A stretch of DNA of 42,351 nucleotides from an uncultured bacterium (lineage in GTDB: Bacteria; Patescibacteriota; Patescibacteriia; JAXHNJ01): contig CBDUSL010000001.1 of assembly GCA_965370265.1 (NCBI GenBank), positions 1 through 42,351 on the forward strand, given 5' to 3'. Positions 19,909-30,196 of the stretch are shown here, piece by piece. The stretch's first letter is position 1; every line of letters begins with the position of its first letter. Made by a program: the position numbers and the translations under genes. The notes beneath the pieces were generated by a model that was not told where the DNA came from, made no database searches, and was given only the letters and a program-made list of their open reading frames with translations.

Positions 19909-21099
19909 TCAAGACGGGGCAATTACTTTTAAAGTTTCATTTGCACATTTATCCCATGAAAAATTCTTTATTCTTTCAAGTCCTTTTTTCTTTAAATTAT
20001 CCCGAAAATCATTATCTTTAACCAATCTTTGCATATAATCAGCTATTTTATCATGTTTATCAGGATTAACTAATATTGCCGCCTGGCCGATAATTTCAGG
20101 CAAAGAACCTCTATTAGAGGCAATCACCGGTAAGCCACAGGCCATCGCTTCTATTGGAGGAATACCAAAACCTTCGTAATAAGAAATGAAAATGAGGGCT
20201 TCGGCGGCGTTAAATAGGTAAGGAATTTTTTCGGCCGGAACCCAGCCAAGTTTAATAATATCTTTTTCAATATTTTTTTCTTTAATAAAATCTCTCGCTT
20301 TATTCCAGCCGTCCCCTTCGGTGCCAATCAAAACCAATTTATGGCTTGATAAATATTTCTTTTTAAAAAGATAAAAAGTTTTTATTATACCCAATATATT
20401 TTTCTTGTTTTCTAAGCGACCAACAAAAACAAAAAAAGGCCTAGTAACTGAAAATTCTTTAAGGATACAGATAATTTTATTTTTATCTTTCATAATCTTA
20501 TAATTTTTGTTATAACCAAGATGAATAACTCTGGGTTTAGTTGTATTAAATTTATAATATTTTTTTATCTCGTCGGACGTAAATTTAGAAGGGGTAATAA
20601 TTATTTTTGCTTTTTTTACGGCTAAACGCATGCTAAAACGATGATAATCAAGTTCGTTGTTAGAATATTTCCCAAGGGTGCATATTTTTACCAAGAAAGC
20701 GATAATTATTGAAAAAAAGCTATTCCCTCCAATTTTTTTTTGGGTATAAAGCTCAGGAAATTCTTCAAATCCGATATCGTGACAAGTGGTAACTGTGTTT
20801 TTTGGGTGAATAATCGGAATAGTATGAGCGGGGACAAAAAGAACATCCGGTTTTTTAAACAGCATTTCCAGTGAAAGCCTTAACTGGCTCCATAAAAACT
20901 TTGGCGGCCATTTTAGAACTTTATTATAAAAATTATCCCCGAGATCTTTTAGATCATCCACTAAGGGTTCTTTGGTATACAAAATATATTTATTTTTTTT
21001 ATCAATTTCGGAAAATTTTCTAACTAAATGATACGAGTACCACTCGGTACCCGTCCTTTCCTTTTTATTGGCCCTGGATGCATCAATGCCAATTAACAT
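19909..21099 (-). CDS. glycosyltransferase family 4 (GT-B, GT1-type domain)
   Basis: C-terminal E-x7-E type segment [30 protein letters not shown]. Confidence 0.8.
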   Translation of the reverse strand: MLIGIDASRANKKERTGTEWYSYHLVRKFSEIDKKNKYILYTKEPLVDDLKDLGDNFYNKVLKWPPKFLWSQLRLSLEMLFKKPDVLFVPAHTIPIIHPKNTVTTCHDIGFEEFPELYTQKKIGGNSFFSIIIAFLVKICTLGKYSNNELDYHRFSMRLAVKKAKIIITPSKFTSDEIKKYYKFNTTKPRVIHLGYNKNYKIMKDKNKIICILKEFSVTRPFFVFVGRLENKKNILGIIKTFYLFKKKYLSSHKLVLIGTEGDGWNKARDFIKEKNIEKDIIKLGWVPAEKIPYLFNAAEALIFISYYEGFGIPPIEAMACGLPVIASNRGSLPEIIGQAAILVNPDKHDKIADYMQRLVKDNDFRDNLKKKGLERIKNFSWDKCANETLKVIAPS

Positions 21100-22107
21100 T
21101 TATTTGGCGGAGAGAATACTTCTCTTGTATGAATCCAGGTTATCCAGGGCAATACCGGTCCCTTTTACGACACAGAGTAGTGCGTCATCGGCGACATAAG
21201 TATTCACTCCTGTGGCCTGGGTAATAAGTTTGTCTATATTTTTAAGAAGTGAGGAGCCGCCCGAAAGAACCATCCCCTTGTCAATTACATCAGCGGAAAG
21301 TTCCGGCGGAGTATTCTGTAAAACAGATTTTATTGATTGAATAATGCTTGAGAGTTCATCTTGTATCGCTTCGGTGACATCGTCTGAAATAATATTAACA
21401 GTCTTGGGCAGTCCAGAAACCATATCTCTGCCCCTAATATCCATTGTTAATTTTTCTTCCAAAGGAAGCGCCGAACCAATTTTAATCTTTATTTCTTCAG
21501 ATGTTCTTTCACCAATAGCCAGTCCGTATTTTTTTCTAATATATTCAGCAATAGCCGTGTCAAATTTAGTGCCGCCTACGCGTACTGAATTATTAGAAAC
21601 GATTCCACCCAAAGAAATTACGGCCACTTCTGATGTGCCACCCCCAATATCCACAATCATATGTCCGGAAGCGGAGCCAATAGGAATATTAGCCCCAATA
21701 GCGGCCGCTACGGGCTCTTTTATGATATAAGCGGCCTTCGCCCCAGCCGCTAAAGTTGCGTCAATCACGGCCCTTCTTTCAGTTGAAGTAATACCGGCCG
21801 GAACAGCAATCATTACTTCAGGCCTAAATAGTCTTACCCCGCCCAAGGCTTTATTTACAAAATAACGGATCATTGCTTCTGTAGTTTTATAGTCGGCAAT
21901 TACCCCGTCACGTAATGGGGTGCGGGCAATAATTGAGTCGGGGGTTCTGCCAATCATTTCCTTTGCTTCCAGGCCGACGGCCAGTACTTTTTTATCTATC
22001 AATGAAATAGCAACAACCGAAGGTTCATTTATAACAATTCCCCTCCCCGGAATATGAACAAGGGTGTAAGTGGTTCCTAAATCTATACCAATTCTTTTGA
22101 AAAACAT
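21100..22107 (-). CDS. second MreB-family actin homolog (paralog embedded in the glycan cluster)
   Basis: Full set of MreB motifs: GIDLGTTYT, NEPSVVA, IVDIGGGTSEVAVISLGG, LSGGSSLLKNID. By eye roughly half the positions are identical to the 13838..14887 copy. Its start abuts the upstream stop (22107/22108) and its stop abuts the downstream start (21099/21100). Confidence 0.9.
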   Translation of the reverse strand: MFFKRIGIDLGTTYTLVHIPGRGIVINEPSVVAISLIDKKVLAVGLEAKEMIGRTPDSIIARTPLRDGVIADYKTTEAMIRYFVNKALGGVRLFRPEVMIAVPAGITSTERRAVIDATLAAGAKAAYIIKEPVAAAIGANIPIGSASGHMIVDIGGGTSEVAVISLGGIVSNNSVRVGGTKFDTAIAEYIRKKYGLAIGERTSEEIKIKIGSALPLEEKLTMDIRGRDMVSGLPKTVNIISDDVTEAIQDELSSIIQSIKSVLQNTPPELSADVIDKGMVLSGGSSLLKNIDKLITQATGVNTYVADDALLCVVKGTGIALDNLDSYKRSILSAK

Positions 22108-24039
22108 TTATTTAAAATTAATATCTATTATTAAATCTTCCGAAAGTTTTGTATTTAAAGTTATATTATTATCACTCTCTTTTATCAATTTGTCAATAGG
22201 GGTGAAGTCCTTGATTTTTTTATGAAAATCCAAATTGATATTAGTTTGATATGGAGCAGTGCCAGCCTGTTTCTGAATAACCAATTGATAATTTTTTTCG
22301 TTTATCATCTTATAAATTGATTCAGGGAGTTCGTATTTAAAAATTATCGTTTTGTGTTCTTGAGGTTCGATACTGACAAAAGAACCAAAATATGTTTTTC
22401 CAAGTTCATTTACAGAAACTTTTTCTTCATTTGTGCCGATAATATCAATTAGTTTGCTGCCTTGAGGAACATAAAGACGAAAATATGTCCGGTAACGGGT
22501 TGTTTTCCAGGTAAAGGTTCCTTCGTTATTATATATAACCTCCAAGTTGGCGATATATTTATTATTTTCTTTTTTAATTGAATAACTTAATGTTCTTTTA
22601 ACGCCGGGGTCTGTTTTGAGACTGGCTAAATTTGCGTCGATAAGTGTAAAATAATCACCCGCGTTCTGGTGGATATGCCCCCCCCAATTATTTTCTTTAA
22701 TCAAATTTTCAGAAACCTGGTCTTTCAAATAAATCAAAATATGTTTTTCTTTAAGGTCTTCACTTAGTATCTTAAAAAAATCATCCCATTTTTCCTGAGG
22801 CAATGAAAATATTTTATCCATCAGAATTTTTGATAAGTCACCGATTATCTCCTTGCGTTCGCTTTCCTCAAGCCCAGCCTGATAAAAACCTTTTTCAACC
22901 TGATACTGAAGGGTATCAACAAAATTGTCGCTTGTAAATTCTATCCCGTAAACTTTTATGCTACCGGTTAATCCAATTAATGATTCTATAAGGGTCGGAG
23001 TAATAGCAATTACGCCATCAAAGTTTCTCTCTCTTCCCCCCTCCTGCTCATAAAACCAAAGGGCTTTTTCGGCTGAAACAGGAAAATCCGGGGACCAGTT
23101 TGAATCACGAAGAAACCACTTTTCAACTTTATTATATTTGGCAAGCGGGGCTGGAGGAGTAATATTTAAATAATCGGCCTGTTCATCCAAATTATAAACG
23201 TTATCTGTTTTAAAATTGATTATTTCTGCGTCTTTAACGTTTATAATTCCATATGTGCCTATAAATCCCCCGGTTGGCCTCATCTCCGAGTTATTTTGAA
23301 GAAGGAAAAAATATTTGCTGCTTTCAGGATAACCGGCAATATGAGGAAGAACGCGGGCTAAAACAGTAATTTGGCTAATCCCCTCTCTTGCTTTTGGCAG
23401 ATAATCTTTGAGTAAATCGACCACTTCCTTGATCGGGCCGATCAGGCCAGTTTTAGGCAAATCCTTAATATTTTCGGCCGAGTTATTAATTGATTCTTGT
23501 GATTCCTTAAGTAGCTGGTCGGAAGAATCAATTTTAGCCAGGATTTCTCTTTTTTGAGCGGAAGAAATAGAAGCAAAACTCAATTCGGATTCTTCTTTAA
23601 AAGGAGCCATAACTTCTACCGCCAAACCGACTAATCCATCAATCGTATCGGTTAATTCGGCTCCAGTCTCAAGAATAACATTAATCGCTTTATATTGTTT
23701 TGAGACAAAAGGTATTACTTGTAAATAACTTATTTTATTAAGCGATTGACTCGAATTATTAAATGAATTATGGCTTTCCTGGATTAATTTTTGGGCTTCA
23801 GAGTAATCCTGAAGCTTAATATATTCTTCGGCCTCGAAGAGTTTATTTTTAGCGGCAATAGCCTCATTATAGGCTTTTTTAGCCTTAGGATAAGCTAAGG
23901 TGGTAATTAAACCGGTTAAGGCCATAAATAAAACTACGAAGATCGTTATATATTTTACAAATTTTTTGTTTTTCTTCCTTATTTTATATGTTTTTATGCC
24001 ATCTAAAAAATTAGCGGCTTTTTGTTTTCCGTTAAACAT
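22108..24039 (-). CDS. large single-pass extracytoplasmic protein, DUF4012-like
   Basis: 643 aa with an N-terminal TM helix (ITIFVVLFMALTGLITTLA), a helical or coiled region and a large ectodomain. The segment NNSEMRPTGGFIGTYG resembles the DUF4012 core as recalled from memory, not from a search. Confidence 0.5.
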   Translation of the reverse strand: MFNGKQKAANFLDGIKTYKIRKKNKKFVKYITIFVVLFMALTGLITTLAYPKAKKAYNEAIAAKNKLFEAEEYIKLQDYSEAQKLIQESHNSFNNSSQSLNKISYLQVIPFVSKQYKAINVILETGAELTDTIDGLVGLAVEVMAPFKEESELSFASISSAQKREILAKIDSSDQLLKESQESINNSAENIKDLPKTGLIGPIKEVVDLLKDYLPKAREGISQITVLARVLPHIAGYPESSKYFFLLQNNSEMRPTGGFIGTYGIINVKDAEIINFKTDNVYNLDEQADYLNITPPAPLAKYNKVEKWFLRDSNWSPDFPVSAEKALWFYEQEGGRERNFDGVIAITPTLIESLIGLTGSIKVYGIEFTSDNFVDTLQYQVEKGFYQAGLEESERKEIIGDLSKILMDKIFSLPQEKWDDFFKILSEDLKEKHILIYLKDQVSENLIKENNWGGHIHQNAGDYFTLIDANLASLKTDPGVKRTLSYSIKKENNKYIANLEVIYNNEGTFTWKTTRYRTYFRLYVPQGSKLIDIIGTNEEKVSVNELGKTYFGSFVSIEPQEHKTIIFKYELPESIYKMINEKNYQLVIQKQAGTAPYQTNINLDFHKKIKDFTPIDKLIKESDNNITLNTKLSEDLIIDINFK

Positions 24040-24854
24040 TATTTTTTCAAATCCTTTGCTCCTAAATATTTAGCGAAATACTTAATAGCACTGGAAATAT
24101 GAATCCGAGTTGCTTTACTAAAAATACCTTTCAGCCCCGGGCTTTCGGCGGACATTCTTTGGTGATAATGAACGATATCAACGTCACTTAAATAGCAAAC
24201 ACGGTATCCTGCCTGCCAGAATTGCCGGCACCAATCGACATCCTCGAAATAAAGAGTGAAGCGCTCGTCCATAAGTCCAACCTTATCTATTGCTTCCTGG
24301 CGAACGAGCATACAGGCCCCTAAAATCCAATCAACATCATTTATTTTTTCGAAATGATCATCAAGCATTAGATATTTTCTCAGATCTTTTTTAACCCAGG
24401 GTAAGCGTCCTAATGGTGTCCGCCTATACATGGGAGTCATAAATTTGGGAAAACGGTAACAAGAAATCTGCCTTGTTCCGTCAGGATTAATCAATTTGGG
24501 AGCGACTATGCCGACATCAGGGTGATCATCCATAAAAGAGATGAGTTTTTCAATCACACCTTCAAAAATAGTTATATCAGGATTAAGAATCATGACATAT
24601 CGCCCGCTTGATTCTTTGACTCCAAGATTATTACCGGCCGCGCAGCCTCTGTTTACTTTACTTTCTATGAATCGGATATGCGGAAAACTTTCTTTCATCA
24701 TCTTTGCACTGGAATCCTGTGAGTGATTATCAACCACTATAATTTCATAATTTTTCTTTAGCTTAAGCAGTTCGATTCCTTTAATACACTGCCTTAAAAG
24801 ACCTTTAGTTTTGTAATTTAATATTACTACGGATAATTCCATCATGACAGCCAT
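24039..24854 (-). CDS. glycosyltransferase family 2
   Basis: SVVILNYK..IIVVDNHSQD, a DxD-like NPD, and the rhamnosyltransferase-like segment FLYFEDVDWC. Confidence 0.85.
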   Translation of the reverse strand: MAVMMELSVVILNYKTKGLLRQCIKGIELLKLKKNYEIIVVDNHSQDSSAKMMKESFPHIRFIESKVNRGCAAGNNLGVKESSGRYVMILNPDITIFEGVIEKLISFMDDHPDVGIVAPKLINPDGTRQISCYRFPKFMTPMYRRTPLGRLPWVKKDLRKYLMLDDHFEKINDVDWILGACMLVRQEAIDKVGLMDERFTLYFEDVDWCRQFWQAGYRVCYLSDVDIVHYHQRMSAESPGLKGIFSKATRIHISSAIKYFAKYLGAKDLKK

Positions 24855-25855
24855 TTTCTAAAATTATTAGCACTTTTTTTATCCTTTAATATCATTTTTC
24901 TTTTCTTAATCATTTTTGGCAAAAGTTTAAAAAAGTTCAGATATGATTTTAAGGAAGAAAATTCAAAAAGAAGTATGTAAAAAAATCTTTTAAGTTCCCT
25001 CCATGTAATAAATAAAAAATCTTTAAAATAATTTTTCAAAAAATCATTCTTTACCATCAAGAAAAAATGATTTCGGGTTGAATAATAATTTATCATATTA
25101 GATTTTTTTCTGCGGTTCTTTCTTATGGATTTAATATTTTTTACCTCAGTCTGGTCGGCTTGCCTATGGTGATAGGCAAAGGCTTCCGGAATAAATACTG
25201 ATTTTAAGCCATTTATATTCATTCTCCAGGCAAGATCTATATCTTCTTTATAAACAAAAAAATCTTCATCAAAATATTCGTTATTAATATTCAATAATTC
25301 TACATCTTTTTTTCTTAGAAACAGCAAACCTCCGGAGATACCAAAAACATCTTTTTTCTCTTTGAATTGACCGGTATCTTTTTCATTTTCTCCCAAATTT
25401 ATAAAGTTGCGATTTCGGTCGACTTTTATACCCACAGAGTCAATAATATCAGTAAATACAATTTCCTTCAACTCATCAATTTTAAAATGAAATTTGTAAA
25501 TTTTGCCGGTAAAAGCGCTATAAACCTTCATTTTTTCCGCATTTTTGTAAAGTTCAAAGAGATAGTTTTTGGTTAAAATAACATCCGGATTCATAATTAA
25601 AATATAATCGCTTTTGGACAATTTAAGCCCTTGGTTATGAGCCCTTGAATAACCCAGGTTATGGATATTGCGCAGAATTTTTACTTCCGGATAATTTTTT
25701 TCGATATAATCAACCGTTCCGTCATTAGAGCCATTATCAATAACAAGGACTTGAAAATCCTTAAATGACTGGTCAAAAATTGATTTTAGGCAATCCGGCA
25801 GATAAGTAATACTATTCCAGGTAACTATATTAATTGATACTTTTTTTGACTTCAT
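24842..25855 (-). CDS. glycosyltransferase family 2
   Basis: SINIVTWNS..VLVIDNGSNDGT, NPDV, and the FFVYKEDIDLAWR segment. Confidence 0.8.
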   Translation of the reverse strand: MKSKKVSINIVTWNSITYLPDCLKSIFDQSFKDFQVLVIDNGSNDGTVDYIEKNYPEVKILRNIHNLGYSRAHNQGLKLSKSDYILIMNPDVILTKNYLFELYKNAEKMKVYSAFTGKIYKFHFKIDELKEIVFTDIIDSVGIKVDRNRNFINLGENEKDTGQFKEKKDVFGISGGLLFLRKKDVELLNINNEYFDEDFFVYKEDIDLAWRMNINGLKSVFIPEAFAYHHRQADQTEVKNIKSIRKNRRKKSNMINYYSTRNHFFLMVKNDFLKNYFKDFLFITWRELKRFFYILLFEFSSLKSYLNFFKLLPKMIKKRKMILKDKKSANNFRKWLS

Positions 25856-27464
25856 TTGCTTCCGTTAAAAATAAGTAGAAAATTGGGGCAATTATCAGGA
25901 GATAACCGAGTCCCAAAGGGTGATTTAAAAAAGGGGTTGTAAGATGAGTTACAAGCAGGAAAATCAATCCGGCTATTAAAGATTTTGTAAATATATATTG
26001 GTTTATATTTTCTTTAATTTTCTTTAAAACTTTATGGCCATTCCTATAAATAAAATAAATAAAATATAGGTAAAATATTAAACCAAAAAAACCGATTTTT
26101 ACGATGATATCAAGATAAGCCCATTCATAAAGATAAACTTTTATATATTCCACCAATTCCGTCCCTGGGATTAATGATTTAAAAGTTACTAATGTGCCAA
26201 AACCGCTCCCCTGAAGAGGGTTTTCTTTTATTTTTTCCAAAATCGGGTTCATAAGGCTAACTCTGTTTGAAGCCGCCAACTCAGAGGACGGATTTAGCAA
26301 ACTGGTTATTCTTGAGGATAATAAATCCAGACTGGCTGGAGAGACAAGATATAACAAACCAATGGAAATACCTAAAAATAATAAACAGACTATTAATGCT
26401 TGAAATATTTTTCTTTTGGGCAAAGAAAATATTATATAAAGAAAACTGATTATAAAACCAAGCCAAAAACTTCTGGAATAGGATATCAGCAGCACTAATC
26501 CAAAAATAAAAATAAAAAAGAAATTTAAAATTTTACGGTTTAACTTAATCTTTTTAAAAGCGGAATAAGTAATTAATAAAATAAGGTAAATTACGACGTA
26601 AAACTGGCTGGGAGAAAATATTCTAAAAAATCGCCCGCCAATATATGATACTTCCGCTAAACCAAGATCCTTCAGCCAACGGTAAACAGCCGGTTTATCT
26701 TCGGTTATCTCAGTTGCATCAAGGGATAATTTTTCCTCGGCTAACTTGGTCGTTTGGGCTAGTCTCGCATTTTCCGGCAAAGTAGCCAAATTTTTTAATT
26801 CTTCAAGCTGTTTTGATTCTACTTTGGTCGCTGATATAAGTTCATCGGAATATTCAAAAACGCCAAAGTCCAAAAGCAGAATAAAGGTAAATAATGAGAG
26901 AGAAATAACACCAATGGTTAGTACCTTGATAAACTTTATAATATTTTCTTTTTTAAAAAATACGTCAAAGAAAGGGAATATCAAGGCTAAATAAAAATAA
27001 GCGTTAATGTCATAAAAAACAATTTGGTTTGAATTTTTAATCAGTCCATTGATAAAGCCAAACAACAGGAAAATACAAAAAATAGCGAATGGAAGCCAAA
27101 GATTTGAACGAAAGAATTTTATCTCCTTTTTCCTGATAATTCCATAAAGGTAGACAAACATTATAATAAGAAAAATAGCCAGTCGGAGAGAAACAACGTA
27201 GTTAAAAACAGGAAATGAAAAAAGATATCCTTTGCTGCCAATAATGAGTTCAAGAACAGCTATTAAAACCCCATATTCTAATTTTTTGAAAGTCAAAAAA
27301 AGAACGGCTCCTATAATAAGCCAAAAACAAATATAATTTAAACTCGAATTTAAAAAACCGAGGTAAGACAGCAAAAATACTGACATAGTCAGCAGAGAGT
27401 AAAGATATGTTTTTTTATCTTTTAGAAAAATAAGCTCCATAGATTTGAGCTTATAATATAACAC
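25830..27464 (-). CDS. O-antigen ligase/polymerase-like (Wzy_C-type) polytopic membrane protein
   Basis: 544 aa with at least 10 predicted TM helices, a roughly 70-aa soluble insert and a SYSRSFWLG-type loop. Its position is between glycosyltransferase genes. Confidence 0.6.
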   Translation of the reverse strand: MLYYKLKSMELIFLKDKKTYLYSLLTMSVFLLSYLGFLNSSLNYICFWLIIGAVLFLTFKKLEYGVLIAVLELIIGSKGYLFSFPVFNYVVSLRLAIFLIIMFVYLYGIIRKKEIKFFRSNLWLPFAIFCIFLLFGFINGLIKNSNQIVFYDINAYFYLALIFPFFDVFFKKENIIKFIKVLTIGVISLSLFTFILLLDFGVFEYSDELISATKVESKQLEELKNLATLPENARLAQTTKLAEEKLSLDATEITEDKPAVYRWLKDLGLAEVSYIGGRFFRIFSPSQFYVVIYLILLITYSAFKKIKLNRKILNFFFIFIFGLVLLISYSRSFWLGFIISFLYIIFSLPKRKIFQALIVCLLFLGISIGLLYLVSPASLDLLSSRITSLLNPSSELAASNRVSLMNPILEKIKENPLQGSGFGTLVTFKSLIPGTELVEYIKVYLYEWAYLDIIVKIGFFGLIFYLYFIYFIYRNGHKVLKKIKENINQYIFTKSLIAGLIFLLVTHLTTPFLNHPLGLGYLLIIAPIFYLFLTEANEVKKSIN

Positions 27465-27494
27465 AAAAGGCCTATTTAGACAATAAGGCTTATT

Positions 27495-28373
27495 TTACTT
27501 TTCTTTTTTTAGAAAACCAAAAAATTTACTTAAAGCGACCAAGGAGGCCAATAAATAACTTAAGGGAAAAAGAGCCAAAATTATGTAATAAGACCAAGAT
27601 GATTGGTTCTTTTTAAAATAATAAGCCAAACTTTTGTTAAAATTCATTTGGGCTTTTAGAGCCATTAATTGTTTGAAGCTTTCCCCTTTTTGATGGATGA
27701 TTTTAGCTTTATGAAAAAACATTACTTTATATCCGATTTGTTTGACTCTTTTGCAAAAATCAACTTCTTCAAACCAGACAAAAAAATTAGGATCAAAAAA
27801 ACCGACTTTTTCGATAACTTCACGTTTGGTCATTAAAAAAGCGCCCATTACCTGGTCAACTTCTCTGGTTTCCTGATAATTAAAATCTTTCATTAAATAT
27901 TTTCTGATCGGTTTTAAAGAAGGATAAAAATTGTGTATTTTTAAAAGAATTAAGGCTTGAGAAAGCAAGTCCGGCAATCGGCGGCAAGATGATTGAACAG
28001 ACAAATCCGGATTAAGAATTTTACAGCCTAAAACGCCGACCGGCAAATTATTTTTTAGATATAAAAGACAATTTTGGATTGTCTCTTTAAACAATACCGT
28101 GTCTGGGTTAAGAACTAAAAGCCACTTACCTTTAGCCCGGGAAAGACCTTGGTTATTGGCGGCTGCAAATCCTACATTTTTTTGATTGGCTATTAATAAA
28201 TACTCCGGGAAATCATTTTTTACCATTTCCTGGGAATTGTCAGATGAATTATTGTCTACAATTATTACCTCATGACTAACCAAGGCAAATTTCTTAATTG
28301 ACAAAAGACAACGCCTTAAATGATCAGCGACATTCCAAGAGACAATAATAATTGATAATTCAGGCTCATTCAT
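27495..28373 (-). CDS. glycosyltransferase family 2
   Basis: LSIIIVSWN..VIIVDNNSSDNS, NPDT and FFVWFEEVDFCKR, plus a C-terminal TM helix. Confidence 0.85.
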   Translation of the reverse strand: MNEPELSIIIVSWNVADHLRRCLLSIKKFALVSHEVIIVDNNSSDNSQEMVKNDFPEYLLIANQKNVGFAAANNQGLSRAKGKWLLVLNPDTVLFKETIQNCLLYLKNNLPVGVLGCKILNPDLSVQSSCRRLPDLLSQALILLKIHNFYPSLKPIRKYLMKDFNYQETREVDQVMGAFLMTKREVIEKVGFFDPNFFVWFEEVDFCKRVKQIGYKVMFFHKAKIIHQKGESFKQLMALKAQMNFNKSLAYYFKKNQSSWSYYIILALFPLSYLLASLVALSKFFGFLKKEK

Positions 28374-30195
28374 GGTTTAAATTGTATTTATTAAACAGTA
28401 TTTTTTTTGCTTCTTCTTTCGGGACACTTTTAGAAATACCTCCTTTTCTCATCGGGCCGTAAAACAAAACATCTTGAATGGCCAGTCCCTTTCCCCCGTT
28501 TTTAGCGACGTGAAGCCATAAGTCCCAATCCTGAAGTCTGGCCAAATTTTCATCGAAGCCTGGAAATTTATCGGTTCGCAACATACTCATAGTACTGATA
28601 TAATTGAGTTTTTTTAATTTTCGATGGGAAAAAGGCAGAGCCCTGAATTTTTTCCGCCCGAATAAAAAAGCGGAGTAACAAAAATCATACTCGGGGTTCA
28701 TTTCAAGAACTCTGATCATTTTTTCAAAACACGTTGGATAAAGAATAATATCGGCGTCACAAAAAAATAAATATTTCCCCTTTGCTTCTTTTGCCCCTAA
28801 ATTTCTGACCCAGGAAGCCTGATTAGGAATTTCCCCTTCATGTTTTCTTTCAATTATCTTTATATCCTTATATTTGCCCCTTATCTTATCGCTTAAATAA
28901 GAATCCGGACCGTCATTGACCACTATTATTTCAAAATCTTTAAATGTTTGCCTGTAGATATTTTCAAGGCACTTATCGATATATTTATTTACTTTATAGG
29001 CGGGAATAATAATACTAAGGGCCGGTCCGGTTTTATCTTTTTTAATAATTTTTGGCTGATCAATAATATTGGTAAGCTTATGGACCTGCTTATCCCAGTT
29101 AAAAGTGCCGGTTACCCAGCGTTTCCCCTTTTCTCCCATTTCATTTTTTAAATTATCATTAGTTAACAATTTTAGGACGGTATCGGAGATATCTTTAGTA
29201 TTCTCCGGATTAACAGCCAGGCCTGTTTCGTCTTCGATAATAGTCTCCCCTGTTCCTCCGGCCTTTCCAATAATTACCGGAGTCCCCTGCGCCTGGGCTT
29301 CCAAATAAACCAAGCCAAAGCTTTCAATATCTTTTTGCCCCTTCATTTCACGGGTAGGCATAATAAATAGATCTGCCAAATGATAATAAGGGAATTTTAG
29401 AATATCCTTATCTTCAATTGGTCCGGCAAATATGACCTGTTTTTCAACTTGCAATTCTTTAGCTAAATTTACCAAATAATCCTTATCGGGTCCATCGCCG
29501 ACAATTAAATATTTTAAATTTGGCACTTTTTTAAGAATTTCGGGCAATGAACGGATAACGAAATCCTGCCCCTTTCGTTTAACCAGCCTTCCTATAGTCA
29601 GTATTACTTTTTGTCCTTCAAGTCCGTATTTTTTTCTTAACTCATTTTCCCGATTGGGAATATTTTCTGCTTTAATATTTAAGGAAGGGTATATAATAAT
29701 AATCTGAGATTCAAATAAGCCAAGTTCCATAATTTTCTTTTTCATAAAATGCGTATTGGCAATTACATAATCGGCGTTTTTAAGATTTAAAATCATTAAT
29801 TTTTTACTAAACCAGCCTTTTTGGGGGATAAGCGTATCAACTCCGTGGGTATAAACAAGATATGGAAGGCCAAATAATTTTTTTAGCATTAAGCCAACCG
29901 TCACTGCGTTAAAATAATGGCCAAACTGTAAATATTCTATATCATTATCTTTAACCAATTTGCGCACTTTCCAGATAAGAGGCAGCCATGAGGGTTTAAA
30001 AAAGCGCCAAGAAAAAAACGGCTGGCGGATTACTATTCTTTCATAATTTTTATCAAAATCTTCCGACCCTTTTGTTTTGTCGACCAGAATAATTATTTTA
30101 TCTTCCGGAAGCTTAAGACACAAATTTTTGAGATAATTTTCAATGCCCCCTATTTTAGGCGGAAAAAAGTATGATATAAGTAGTGATTTTTTCAT
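28366..30195 (-). CDS. bifunctional fusion: N-terminal GT4 (GT-B) plus C-terminal GT2 (GT-A) glycosyltransferase
   Basis: Residues about 1-385 carry the GT4 motif ESFGLVYLEAQAQGTPVI. Residues about 400-609 carry the GT2 motifs LSIIIPAYK..IIVVNDGPD..FCDADI. Confidence 0.8.
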   Translation of the reverse strand: MKKSLLISYFFPPKIGGIENYLKNLCLKLPEDKIIILVDKTKGSEDFDKNYERIVIRQPFFSWRFFKPSWLPLIWKVRKLVKDNDIEYLQFGHYFNAVTVGLMLKKLFGLPYLVYTHGVDTLIPQKGWFSKKLMILNLKNADYVIANTHFMKKKIMELGLFESQIIIIYPSLNIKAENIPNRENELRKKYGLEGQKVILTIGRLVKRKGQDFVIRSLPEILKKVPNLKYLIVGDGPDKDYLVNLAKELQVEKQVIFAGPIEDKDILKFPYYHLADLFIMPTREMKGQKDIESFGLVYLEAQAQGTPVIIGKAGGTGETIIEDETGLAVNPENTKDISDTVLKLLTNDNLKNEMGEKGKRWVTGTFNWDKQVHKLTNIIDQPKIIKKDKTGPALSIIIPAYKVNKYIDKCLENIYRQTFKDFEIIVVNDGPDSYLSDKIRGKYKDIKIIERKHEGEIPNQASWVRNLGAKEAKGKYLFFCDADIILYPTCFEKMIRVLEMNPEYDFCYSAFLFGRKKFRALPFSHRKLKKLNYISTMSMLRTDKFPGFDENLARLQDWDLWLHVAKNGGKGLAIQDVLFYGPMRKGGISKSVPKEEAKKILFNKYNLNHE

Positions 30196-30196
30196 T

